A DNA stretch of 64,000 bases from an uncultured delta proteobacterium (GTDB taxonomy: Bacteria; Desulfobacterota; Binatia; UBA9968): assembly GCA_963745035.1 (NCBI GenBank), contig CAVUVW010000013.1:1440001-1504000 (forward strand). Reading direction: 5' to 3'. The notes below the pieces were generated by a model. That model had not been told where the DNA came from. It was given only the letters and a program-made list of their open reading frames with translations, and did no database searches. This document shows positions 23,177 to 33,007 of the stretch, in pieces. The position numbers and the translations under genes are program-made. Position 1 is the first letter of the stretch. Every line of letters begins with the position of its first letter.

Positions 23177-24661
23177 ATGGCCACCGCACCGCGAGGCTCG
23201 TTTTCCAACGCCAACCGCCACATGCAGGAGGAGGAAAATCTTCAGCTCACCAGCGTGGGCGTCGATATCGGTTCCTCGACTTCGCATCTGGTTTTCTCCC
23301 GATTGGAGTTGACCCTGGAAGGTTCGCGCTATCGCGTCACCAAGCGCGATGTGCTGAACGAATCGGAAATTCTTCTGACCCCTTATGTCGACGACACTCG
23401 GATCGATGTTGAGGCATTGGAAAGCTTTATCAACGAGCAATACAAAAAGGCCAAGATCAAGCGCGAGGATGTCGACACCGGCGCGCTGATTCTCACCGGA
23501 GTCGCCGTTAGACGGCGCAACGCGCGCGCGATTGCGGAACTGTTTGCGGAAGAAGCCGGCAAGTTCGTCGCCGTGAGCGCAGGCGATGGCTTGGAGGCGA
23601 CGATGGCCGCGCATGGCTCGGGAGCGGTGGCGCATTCGGCAAAGATGGGCGGGGTTGTGCTGAATATCGATATCGGCGGCGGCACCAGTAAGTTCGCGAT
23701 CTGCAACAACGGCAAGGTTCAGGAGGTCTCCGCCATCGACATCGGCGCCCGCCTCCTCGCTTTCGATAAAAACGGCTCAGTCGTGCGCATCGAAGAAGCC
23801 GGCCGCAAGCACAGCGCTTGGGCGGGATTTTCAGTCGCCCTCGGCGACAAAATCCCTGAGGGGGACTTGCGCGCTATGGCTTCGGGAATGGTGGATAAGC
23901 TGTTTACCATCCTGAAACCGGATTCCATCACCGAAGACATCAAAGATCTCCTGCGTCTGCCGCCGCTCACCTATCAAGGCGAGATCGACTGCGTGATGTT
24001 TTCCGGCGGCGTGTCAGAATTCATCTACAATCGAGTCAAGACGAGCTTCGATGATCTCGGCCCTTTGATCGCCGAGGAAGCGCACAAGCGTGCCGGCGAT
24101 CTGGGTTTGCTCGTGATGGAGCCCAACGCCCGCATTCGCGCCACCGTCATCGGCGCTTCGCAGTACACGGTGCAAGTAAGCGGCAATACGATTTTCATCG
24201 CACCGGACGACGCCGTGCCGGTGCGAAACGTGGCGGTGGTCGCTCCGGAGTTTCCGCTAAACCAGGATGAGTTTACCAAAGACGCCGTGCGCGACGCGCT
24301 GCTCAACGCACTGCGGCGCTTAGATCTGCTGCACGGCAGGCAGCCCGTGGCCGTGGCTTTTCATTGGGACGGCTCGGCGACGTTTCACCGCTTGCAGGCT
24401 TTCTGTAGCGGCGTTGCGGAAGGCCTTAAAGACATTTTCGCCAAGGGTCATCCGCTTGTGCTCGTCAACGATGGAGACATCGGCGGCATTGTCGGACTGC
24501 ACTTCCAGGAGGAGCTGCAGATGCAAACGCCGATCATCTCTACCGACGGCATCGCGCTCAGCGACTTCGACTATATCGACATCGGCGCGCTGATTCCGTC
24601 GTCCGGCGCCGTGCCGGTGGTCATCAAATCGCTGATCTTCCCCGCCTCGCCACAGCAGTAA
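23177..24661 (+). CDS. eutA: EutA-family reactivating factor homolog (ASKHA-type ATPase)
   Basis: SVGVDIGSSTSHLVFSRL, TGALILTG...RNAR, AGDGLEATMAAHGSGA, LNIDIGGGTS, IRATVIGA, VPVVIKSLIFP resemble EutA motifs along the full length. Confidence 0.85.
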   Translation: MATAPRGSFSNANRHMQEEENLQLTSVGVDIGSSTSHLVFSRLELTLEGSRYRVTKRDVLNESEILLTPYVDDTRIDVEALESFINEQYKKAKIKREDVDTGALILTGVAVRRRNARAIAELFAEEAGKFVAVSAGDGLEATMAAHGSGAVAHSAKMGGVVLNIDIGGGTSKFAICNNGKVQEVSAIDIGARLLAFDKNGSVVRIEEAGRKHSAWAGFSVALGDKIPEGDLRAMASGMVDKLFTILKPDSITEDIKDLLRLPPLTYQGEIDCVMFSGGVSEFIYNRVKTSFDDLGPLIAEEAHKRAGDLGLLVMEPNARIRATVIGASQYTVQVSGNTIFIAPDDAVPVRNVAVVAPEFPLNQDEFTKDAVRDALLNALRRLDLLHGRQPVAVAFHWDGSATFHRLQAFCSGVAEGLKDIFAKGHPLVLVNDGDIGGIVGLHFQEELQMQTPIISTDGIALSDFDYIDIGALIPSSGAVPVVIKSLIFPASPQQ

Positions 24662-25081
24662 ATCCTAGCGCTGAGTCGCCGCAGTCGGCGGAGTTTCTGC
24701 CACGGCAAAAAAACCGGTGTGACCGTCACAATCCAACACCATAATATTTTCCGTCACGGCAATCCTCCGCGTTTTCTTAAGCAAGGAATTCTTATCAATT
24801 ATTGCGCGAAAATAGCTCGCTTGTGATGCCAAACACCCCGGCAAGGGGATTGCGCGGCGGGGGAAGGCACTGGCAATTTTGCGCATCTGGCTCTCCGGCG
24901 CATTCATTTCCTCGAATGACCACCGCACGACAAGCGTTGACAAAAAAGACTGCCGGATGTTTGCCTTTGTCGCGCAAATCCAAAAAATGTTTAAAAACTT
25001 CGCGAAAGCACCTGCGTTATTCTTGACATTCGCGGTCGTTACGCCTAAAAAGTCGCCCATATTCAGCGGGACAAAAAAACC

Positions 25082-25918
25082 ATGTCCAAATACCGCGCTC
25101 GTCATTGCCCCAAATGCAACTACTTTATCGGCTTTTCGGTCATCAAATCGGTGATAGGAAACCGTGAGGCGCCGGTGGCCAACTTCTGTCTGAATTGCAA
25201 CTACAGGCTGCCCGTGCGTAGTATTATCGACGGCGTTCGCAAGCCGGCCGCTCCCGTGCGCCGAGCCGGATTACGTTTGGTTCACAACACTTCGAGAGCG
25301 TCTCCTCTCGGATCCGAGAGCGAGAGCGGCGGTAACGACATGGAAACGAAAATTAGCCCGTTGGATTATGCGCGACATTTGCGCGCGATCGGTCAAGATC
25401 TCGAGATCCTTCACTTCAGCCAGTTCAATCTCGAGTTTACCGGCGACGCGTACCTTGTGTGGGTAAAACCCGGCGAGAGCTCGGAGCGCAGCCTGCCGCT
25501 GTTGCGCATCGGCAAGAGCCGGCTGCAGAAACTCTGGCGCAACCGGATTCCGCCGAGGACGATTGCTCAGGAAGAAACATTTTCTCTGTCCGCTTCTCAA
25601 ACCGGCAGACGGCTCAGATACTCTGTACAAGAGTTGGATCGCATCGAAAGAGAGCAGCGCGCGCGGCGACGACGAAAAAGCGTCAGTGCGGACGGTCATT
25701 CCTTATCGCAGTTGCTGCGCACTCTCGGGGACCTGCTGGGCCAGAGAAGCGAGCGCCTTTTGGGCATTGCTTGGCAGGACCTTTCCATCGGCGTCGTCCT
25801 CGAAACGCCGCAGGGGCGAAAAGAAATCGAGGTCTTTCGACCCGACAACTTGTATGATCTCTGGGTGCGTATGTACTTAAAACGGGATAACCGAGCTTTC
25901 TTCGATACGCCCCGTTAA
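25082..25918 (+). CDS. Hypothetical protein: N-terminal zinc ribbon plus domain with internal repeat
   Basis: CPKC...CLNC; YARHLRAIGQDLE versus LSQLLRTLGDLLG; possible second start at ATG 25340. Confidence 0.6.
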   Translation: MSKYRARHCPKCNYFIGFSVIKSVIGNREAPVANFCLNCNYRLPVRSIIDGVRKPAAPVRRAGLRLVHNTSRASPLGSESESGGNDMETKISPLDYARHLRAIGQDLEILHFSQFNLEFTGDAYLVWVKPGESSERSLPLLRIGKSRLQKLWRNRIPPRTIAQEETFSLSASQTGRRLRYSVQELDRIEREQRARRRRKSVSADGHSLSQLLRTLGDLLGQRSERLLGIAWQDLSIGVVLETPQGRKEIEVFRPDNLYDLWVRMYLKRDNRAFFDTPR

Positions 25919-25928
25919 TCCGATTCGT

Positions 25929-27839
25929 TCACCGCGCCGCCAACCGCGGCGCGGCCGAAAGGCTTTCCGTTTGCGTGGGCAACAGCAGTTGTTCGTGGGG
26001 CGCGCAACTCTGTTTGAGTGGCGCGGGAATTCTCACTGTGAAAGTCGAACCTCTGCCGGCGCTGCTCTCGACGCGAATCTCGCCGCCCAGCAGTTCGATA
26101 TATTTTTTGACGATGTAAAGTCCCAGTCCGACGCCGCTCCGCGAAGCGCCTCGGCTCGACTCCTCGCCGCGGCGAAATCGCTGGAAGATTGTCGGGATTT
26201 GTTCCTGGGAAATTCCCGCGCCGGTGTCCGACACCTTGAACTCCAGGGTCTTTTTCGACAGCCAATAGCGCGCCGAGATCGTAACCGTTCCCCGTTCCGT
26301 GAATTTGATCGCGTTGTCGATCAAATTCTCGAGGATATGCCGGAGCTTTAGCCGGTCGCCCTGCACGCTCGGAAAATCCGACGGGTAATCCCACACCAGC
26401 CTCATGTCGGCGCCCAGCGGCGAATCGTACGATGCCCGCAGCTCGGACAAAAATTCCCAGACGTTGAGCTCGTGCAACTCCAGATGAAGGGGCTCGGTTT
26501 CGATGTTGCTCACCTGCAGCACCGTGTTGATCAGCCCGTGCAGATCCTTCGACTGCCTGGCGACGCTCTCCATCGCCTTTTCCTGAAGCGGCGTCATGGC
26601 GCCTAGCAATCCCTCCAAAAACATCCCGGCATAGCCGGTGATGACGTTCAGAGGAGTCTTGAGCTGGGTGGAGACGGCGCGCAAAAACTCGTCTTTGACA
26701 TTGTGCGCACCGCGCAGCTCCTCGGCTTGTCGCTGGCTTTGCTGGTAAAGCTCGGCGTGATGAATAGCGATCGCCGCTTGTCCGGCCAAAGTGGAGAGAA
26801 AATCAATCTCTTCTTCCTTGAACTCGTGTTCTTCGCGCGCGAGAAAAACCAGATAGCCAAGGGTGTCATTGTTCGCGACCAAGGGCACGCTGATGAAAGA
26901 CGAGAGTCCTTCGATCTCGAAAAATCTCGCGTTCTCAATAACCGGGTCCCGAAAGGCGTTGGCGACCGTAAGCACGCGCCCCTCACTCGCTACGCGATCC
27001 ATAAACTCCAGCGCGTCTCCCGCGCCGATGAGTTGCCTCTCCTGGAACCCGCGCGCCGCGGCGGTCTCGATGGTACCTGTTCCCCGCGTCTTGAGCCGCA
27101 CCAACGCCGCGGCGTACGGCAAATAAACGAGCGCGGTCGTCAACAATGAATCGAGCAGCTTGGCCGAATCAATCGTCGACGTAATCGCGACGTTGATCTG
27201 GTGGAGCACTTCCAGCCGCTCGCGCTGGCGGCGAATCTCCTCGGCTGTCCGCTGCTGCTGTCTGGCCTGTTCGTCCTTTTCCCGCGCCTTGCGCCGGATT
27301 CGCTCCACTTGCGCGAAATAGCCGTAAAACAGCGAAATCACGAACGGGAAGGGAAGACGCAGATAGATCGCCGGATCAATTTCTCCGCCGCGATAAAAAA
27401 CAAGGTATGCGTAAACGAGCGGCGCCAGGAATGTTACCGCCAACAAGCCGCGCGTATCGTTGCAGATGCAACTTATAATCAGGGTGAAAAGGCACGCCGC
27501 ATAGAAATCGGGGCTTGCGGTTCCGCTGGTGCTCAGAACTGCGACCAGGACGATCGTATCAAAGACCAGCAACGGGCCGTAAAAATAAGGCGAGTCGAAA
27601 AGATCGTCCGCCAGAAAATAGAGCGTCGAGTGACTCAGCAGATACAGGATCAAAATTGCCTGCACCTGAGTCGGTGTCAGCCAGATGCTCGGCGCATAAT
27701 AAAGCAAATAGGACGAAAGAATGACCAGCGGCCAGCGCAGTCGAATAACAGTGTCTTTGCTGGCGGCGTTAAATAGCCGGTCGACGCCCCATGCCGAGCG
27801 CGGCAAGCGACCGGGCTGAGTGAGCGGGGAAAGAATCAT
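25929..27839 (-). CDS. Membrane GAF-domain sensor histidine kinase-like protein (H-box His absent)
   Basis: About 5 TM helices, GAF (FLSTLAGQAAIAI), VSTQLKTPL, NLIDNAIKFT, DTGAGI, GVGLGLYIV; start uncertain. Confidence 0.85.
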   Translation of the reverse strand: MILSPLTQPGRLPRSAWGVDRLFNAASKDTVIRLRWPLVILSSYLLYYAPSIWLTPTQVQAILILYLLSHSTLYFLADDLFDSPYFYGPLLVFDTIVLVAVLSTSGTASPDFYAACLFTLIISCICNDTRGLLAVTFLAPLVYAYLVFYRGGEIDPAIYLRLPFPFVISLFYGYFAQVERIRRKAREKDEQARQQQRTAEEIRRQRERLEVLHQINVAITSTIDSAKLLDSLLTTALVYLPYAAALVRLKTRGTGTIETAAARGFQERQLIGAGDALEFMDRVASEGRVLTVANAFRDPVIENARFFEIEGLSSFISVPLVANNDTLGYLVFLAREEHEFKEEEIDFLSTLAGQAAIAIHHAELYQQSQRQAEELRGAHNVKDEFLRAVSTQLKTPLNVITGYAGMFLEGLLGAMTPLQEKAMESVARQSKDLHGLINTVLQVSNIETEPLHLELHELNVWEFLSELRASYDSPLGADMRLVWDYPSDFPSVQGDRLKLRHILENLIDNAIKFTERGTVTISARYWLSKKTLEFKVSDTGAGISQEQIPTIFQRFRRGEESSRGASRSGVGLGLYIVKKYIELLGGEIRVESSAGRGSTFTVRIPAPLKQSCAPHEQLLLPTQTESLSAAPRLAAR

Positions 27840-27887
27840 CGAAATTGATCCGATTGGCAGAAACAAAGTCGACTTTTCTGCGAGTTG

Positions 27888-27903
27888 TGCATATTGCATG
27901 CCA
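27888..27903 (-). promoter_or_regulatory. Possible sigma54 -24/-12 promoter
   Basis: Minus strand TGGCATGCAATATGCA gives GG-N10-GC spacing upstream of the kinase ATG. Confidence 0.4.
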
Positions 27904-28090
27904 CCGATAGGCATGCCGAGCCACTCCGATTGTCCGCTCGTTTTATTAAGGATTTTGACAGGTTAAAAGCCGAGCGGAGAAACTCAACGAGCGTTTCAGC
28001 GGCTGCGCTGGAACAATTTTGTAGCCGGTCCCGCTGAAAGCGTTGCACTGGACACAAAAGAAGTAAAAACTCGCGCCGGCCCGGCGGGCC

Positions 28091-28570
28091 TCAAGTCGCG
28101 GCGGCTTTGAGTTTCTCTTGCGCGGCGCGAACGGCGCGGAGAATGTCCGCATAACCGGCGCAGCGGCAGAGATTACCCGCGAGATACTCGCGGACTTCAT
28201 CGTCCGAAGGGCGGGGATTCTCGTCGAGCAGTGCTTTGACCGCCAAGACGAAGCCCGGCGTACAATAAGCGCACTGGAGCGCCCGCTCGGCCACGAACGC
28301 CTGCTGAATCGGATGGAGCGACTGTCCATCGCCAAGGCCTTCAAGAGTGGTGATCTCGTGGCCGCCCGCGCGGGCCGCGAGCAAAAAGCACGAGCTCACC
28401 GGATGCCCGTCCAGGAGTACCGTGCAGCTGCCGCACGCGCCGACCCCGCAGCTTTCGCGCACGCTCCAGAGCTTGAGCCCATCGCGCAAAACTTCGAGCA
28501 GCGTATCGGCATCGTCGATACCTAATTTTTCATCGCAGCCGTTTACCCTAAGCGTAATTTCGCGCTTCAT
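28091..28570 (-). CDS. CoxS/XdhC-type (2Fe-2S) small subunit of a molybdenum hydroxylase
   Basis: SCGVGACGSCTV, QCAYCTPG, GNLCRCAGY. Confidence 0.92.
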   Translation of the reverse strand: MKREITLRVNGCDEKLGIDDADTLLEVLRDGLKLWSVRESCGVGACGSCTVLLDGHPVSSCFLLAARAGGHEITTLEGLGDGQSLHPIQQAFVAERALQCAYCTPGFVLAVKALLDENPRPSDDEVREYLAGNLCRCAGYADILRAVRAAQEKLKAAAT

Positions 28571-28599
28571 TTCGTCGGTTCTTTAACTAGGGCGGCACT

Positions 28600-29463
28600 T
28601 CAGGCCGTGCCATTGTGTAACTGATCAAGCGCTTTCTGCACGAATAGTCGCGCCATGCGCCGTTTGTACCATTCCGAACCACGCAAGTCCGAGAACGGGG
28701 AAATTTGCTGATCGAGCAAGTCAAGGACTCGTTCAGTTACTCCCTGGTCGAGGATTTGATCCTTGGCGAATTCCAGACCGCCGATCGATACCGGTGTTGC
28801 CGCCACACCGCCGAGCGCGACGCGCAATTCTTTGCACCGCCCGCTTTCTCTTGCAAGAAATCCGGCCACTCCCAAGCACGGCCAATCGTTTGCGGATAGC
28901 GCGGTGTAGCGCAGGTAAACCGCCCGGCTATTCTCCTGCGTGAAAGGAATTTTCACGTCGACCAAGATCTCTCCCGGCGCCAAAGCGGTCTCGTACATTC
29001 CCCGAAAAAAATTCCTTATGGGAATAGTTCGGGCGCCCTGGGGACCGAAGACGTTGATCTCAGCGTTGAGCACGAGCAACGCCGGCGGTGGATCGAGGCG
29101 GTAGTCGGCATGCGCAAGATTGCCGCCCACCGATGCGGTCTGGCGCACCCGCACGTTGCCGATGTGACCGAAGGCTTGGGCCAGTGCGGGGAATGACTGG
29201 CGAATCAATGGCGAAGTCTCGACCATGCGATGACTGGCGAGCGCGCCGATGCGCACGCCGTCAGTCTCGTTGTCGATGCCGGCCAAGCCAGGGATCGATT
29301 GAAGATCGACCAGGTAGCGATAATGCAGCGCGCGCTGCTTCATCAAAATAACCAGCGTCGTGCCGCCGGCGATCACGCGGCTTTCGTCGCCATGCTTCTG
29401 CAAAAGTTCGACGGCTTCGTGCAGCGAGCGCGGCTGGAGCAGATCAAAAGAACGAATCGTCAT
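28600..29463 (-). CDS. CoxM/XdhB-type FAD-binding medium subunit
   Basis: IAGGTTL, IGNVRVRQTASVGGNLAHA, SDLRGSEWYKR. Confidence 0.92.
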   Translation of the reverse strand: MTIRSFDLLQPRSLHEAVELLQKHGDESRVIAGGTTLVILMKQRALHYRYLVDLQSIPGLAGIDNETDGVRIGALASHRMVETSPLIRQSFPALAQAFGHIGNVRVRQTASVGGNLAHADYRLDPPPALLVLNAEINVFGPQGARTIPIRNFFRGMYETALAPGEILVDVKIPFTQENSRAVYLRYTALSANDWPCLGVAGFLARESGRCKELRVALGGVAATPVSIGGLEFAKDQILDQGVTERVLDLLDQQISPFSDLRGSEWYKRRMARLFVQKALDQLHNGTA

Positions 29464-29628
29464 CGAGTTGCCTTCGGTCGTCGATGTTTTTATCCTCCCC
29501 CAGCGTCATAATCAAGCAGTGCAGAGCGACAAACTTTCTGAAATGTAAAGCAATCCATTCGCTGCCTGGTCCTGGTTGACAGTCGCCGGCAACTTTGACA
29601 TGAATCCGATCACGAGGAGGACACGACC

Positions 29629-30441
29629 ATGTTTGCAAGCATACGACACATCGCTGTGATGACCGAGAATTGGGATCGCGAGGCGAAGTTTTACCAGACG
29701 ATCTTCGGCATGAGAAAAATCACCAATGGCATGACCGACGAGACCGGCGAATACAATAAGAACCGCGGCCATCTGAGCGACGGCGTGATTGGCTTGGCGC
29801 TGTTGCAGCGTCAGCCGGGCTTCCGTGCGGGCTTCGATCATTTTGGCTTTGCCGTCGAGAGTGTCGATGTCGTGCGCGAGCGGGTCAAGCAATCTTATCC
29901 GGACATTTATATTTCCGAGAGCCCGGGCCACGTCCCGTTTGCCGGCCTGCGCGGCCACGACCCCGACGGCAACCAGTACGATTTATCGCAAAAGGGCATG
30001 GCCAATGTGCGCGAAGGGTACGTCGAGTTTGGCTGGGAACAGCCACGCTGGATCAATCACATTTGCATGCGCAGCGGTCGTCCGGCGTATATCGCCGAGT
30101 TTTACCAAAAAGTTTTCGATCTCCAACCGGTAGAGGGCTTGTCCGGCGACAATAGTTACTACCTCACCGACGGCAAAGTAGGCTTGGCGATCCGGCCATG
30201 GAGCATGGCTACTCACCGGGGCCTTTATGCCGGTCTGGAGCATTTTGGTTTCAAAGTCGACAGCCTCGATCAAACCAATAAGGACCTGGAAGCCCTCGCC
30301 AAAGACGCGCCAACTTCCGCGCCGCGAAAGGTCGCCATCGGCCGCGAAGGTGAACGGCACAAGCAAAATCTCGAAGGCTGCAAGCTGTGCAAGCAGAGCC
30401 TGTCCGATCCGGACGGTGTGCTACTGGATCTAACCGACTAG
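29629..30441 (+). CDS. Two-domain VOC (glyoxalase/extradiol dioxygenase fold) protein
   Basis: IRHIAV, FDHFGFAV, HDPDGNQYDL, INHICMR, LEHFGFKV, DPDGVLLDL. Confidence 0.85.
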   Translation: MFASIRHIAVMTENWDREAKFYQTIFGMRKITNGMTDETGEYNKNRGHLSDGVIGLALLQRQPGFRAGFDHFGFAVESVDVVRERVKQSYPDIYISESPGHVPFAGLRGHDPDGNQYDLSQKGMANVREGYVEFGWEQPRWINHICMRSGRPAYIAEFYQKVFDLQPVEGLSGDNSYYLTDGKVGLAIRPWSMATHRGLYAGLEHFGFKVDSLDQTNKDLEALAKDAPTSAPRKVAIGREGERHKQNLEGCKLCKQSLSDPDGVLLDLTD

Positions 30442-30476
30442 ATTTTTCGCCACGACACGGCCTCGGCGGAGGGATT

Positions 30477-30825
30477 ATGGAATTTGCCAATATCAACGAC
30501 ACCATGCGCACGGCGCAAAACGAAAGCAAACGCTTCGTGCCGCTTTTCGGCAGCGAAACGTTTCGCTCATGGATACTCTATTTTCAGCCGGGCGATCACA
30601 CGGATATGCATTACCATTTGTCGCCCGAGACATTTCTCGTGCTTGCAGGGAAGGGCATCGGTCAAGGGATTAAAAGGCGAAGAGCGCATCATCGAGAAAA
30701 ATGAAATTGTCTTCTTCGGCGCCAAAGACTACTACCAGATCACCAACGTCGGCACGGAACCGCTCGTGCTTGTCGGCAACCGGTCCGAAGCTTTCGGCGG
30801 CGCCCACGTTACCGCAAAGGAGTAA
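30477..30825 (+). CDS. Cupin domain protein (frameshift near 30655)
   Basis: FQPGDHTDMHYHLSPETFLVL.G...YYQITNVGTEPL. Confidence 0.8.
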
Positions 30826-30877
30826 TCCTCGGCAACTTTTCGCTCATGTGCCACACTACCTAGCCGCCCTAAATCGA

Positions 30878-31846
30878 ATGATGCGGCTGATATTCCACCT
30901 ATTCGTCGTTTCGCTTTCTCTCCTCATCTCGTCATCGCCGGCGGCGAAAGCCGCCGATGACGTCAAAATCGCCTCAACGGGTCCCGGCGTCAGCACTCTC
31001 CCGCTCGAGATCGCTTCGCGAAAAGGATTTTTTCGCGACGAGGGCCTAGATGTTCTGACCATCACGATGCGAACGAATATTGCGGTCAATGCGCTTCTTA
31101 CCCGCAATGTCGAGTATGCGACTCCGAGCACGTCGGTGATCAAGGCAGCTACCGCCGGCCTGCCGGTCAAGTTGCTCGCCGTCTTGCTCGGTCGGCCCGA
31201 CTATTTTTTGACAGTAAAGAAAGAGGTCAAGTCGGTCAAAGACTTGAAGGGCAAGCGGGTCGCGATCGGCAGCTTCGGCGCTGCGGCTGATTTGGCCCTG
31301 CGCGCAGTCGCCAAACAGGATGGTCTGGACCCGGATCGCGATCTCATTCGATTGCAGATGGGCGGGGCCGCTTCCCGGTATGCCTCTCTCATCGCCGGCA
31401 GCGTGGACGCAACGATTCTGACATTACCCTACAACCTGCAAGCGGAAAGAGCCGGTTACAAAGATCTCCTCTGGTTCGGCGAGCACATGGAGTTGCCGCT
31501 TTCCGGTCTCGCCGCGCGCGACGAGACGATTCAGAAAAACTCGAAGCAGGTTGCGGCGATGATTAGAGCCATTTTGCGTGCCATGACCTTCGCAAGCGCA
31601 AACCGCGAGGAAACCACGCAGATGATCGCGAACTGGCTCAAGGTCGACCAAGAAGTCGCCGCCAGAAGCTACGAGCTCGGCAAACCGAGTTGGTCCGCCG
31701 GCGGCGTCGTCTCCGACGGTGCCGTGAAGGTATTGATTGATCAATCCCTGTTGGAGCTGAAGAGCAAGGACGCCGTCCCGCTCGACAAAGTCCGCGATTG
31801 GACCTTCGCCGCACAAGCGCGGCGCGAATTGGGAAAGACACGATAA
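30878..31846 (+). CDS. ABC substrate-binding protein, NMT1/SsuA/THI5-like
   Basis: Signal peptide, KGFFRDEGLDV, DLKGKRVAIGSFG, GSVDAT. Confidence 0.88.
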   Translation: MMRLIFHLFVVSLSLLISSSPAAKAADDVKIASTGPGVSTLPLEIASRKGFFRDEGLDVLTITMRTNIAVNALLTRNVEYATPSTSVIKAATAGLPVKLLAVLLGRPDYFLTVKKEVKSVKDLKGKRVAIGSFGAAADLALRAVAKQDGLDPDRDLIRLQMGGAASRYASLIAGSVDATILTLPYNLQAERAGYKDLLWFGEHMELPLSGLAARDETIQKNSKQVAAMIRAILRAMTFASANREETTQMIANWLKVDQEVAARSYELGKPSWSAGGVVSDGAVKVLIDQSLLELKSKDAVPLDKVRDWTFAAQARRELGKTR

Positions 31847-31864
31847 GAGTATGAACGGCGACCC

Positions 31865-32987
31865 ATGAGCGCTTCCGTTAAAGAGATTGTTGACGCATAT
31901 GCCGCAGGCCCCTTAGCCGAGGCCTCCACGCCGCCCTCATCCTGGTACACCGAACCTGCCATTTTGGATCTCGAACAGCGCGCGGTATTTCCGCGCTCGT
32001 GGCAGTTTGCTGCTCGCACGGAGCAGGTGACCGAGTCCGGGCGCTACGTCACCGGCGACATCGCCGGCGAGCCGGTGCTGATTGTCCGCGGCAGGGACAA
32101 TATATTGCGCGCTTTCTTCAATGTCTGCCGTCATCATGCTGCTGCGATCCTCACACAAGCTGAAGGAACGGCTAGACAATCTTCGCTGTCCCTATCATGG
32201 TTGGACCTACGATCTCGAAGGCAATCTCGTATTGGCGCCCGAATTTGGCGGCGTCACGAATTTCGACCGAGCCGCCCACGGCCTGGCTCCGATGCAGAGT
32301 CGGTGTCTGGAAAAGTTGGGTGTTCGCGAAGCCGCACGCCGGCGATCCGTCTCTCGAAGATTTTCTTGGCAAAGATCTCCTTGAACGTTTTGAGCCCTTG
32401 AACCTTGAGCAATTAAGATGGTTCGAGCGCCGGTCCTATTTTCTGAACTGCAATTGGAAAGTGTTCGTCGACAACTATCTCGACGGCGGTTATCACGTGC
32501 CGCACATCCACGGCGGCTTGAACAGCGTGCTCGATTACAGCAATTACACGATCGAAACCGGCGAGCGCTTTTGCCTGCAATCGAGTCCCGTCGCAACCGA
32601 TAACGGAGAGGCGAAAACCGCGGCGGTACGAACCGGAACACGAGCCTATTATTACTGGATCTATCCGAACTTCATGATCAACATCTACGACGGCGTGATG
32701 GACACCAATCTCGTTATTCCGCGCGGCGTCGACAAAACCGAAGTCATTTTCGATTACTATTTCGCCGATGTCTCGCAACGAGGCACGGGAAAAGAATCTC
32801 GCCAGTATCTCGGTAAGCGAGCAGATCCAGAGCCGAAGACGTCGCCATTTGCGAGTCGGTCCAGCGCGGACTCAACTCGCGCGCATATTCAACCGGACGC
32901 CTTTCGGTTCGCCGCGAGGCCGGCGAGCATCTTTTCCACAGGCTTTTGCACGCCGATCTACAAAGAGGTCTTCAGTCGTTGCCGTAA
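31865..32987 (+). CDS. Rieske non-heme iron oxygenase alpha subunit (choline monooxygenase/CntA-like), frameshifted
   Basis: NVCRHH, RCPYHGWTY, NWKVFVDNYLDGGYHVPHIH, found across frames. Confidence 0.85.
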
Positions 32988-33007
32988 TATCGTCTTCAGG
33001 GGTGAAC

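Noticed and set aside
24665-25081. Riboswitch or sRNA in the long intergenic region
   Set aside because: I could not match any known aptamer consensus by eye; an Rfam scan would be needed.
28091-29463. Aerobic CO dehydrogenase
   Set aside because: No CoxL is present to check the diagnostic active-site motif, and M/S subunits are shared across the xanthine oxidase family.
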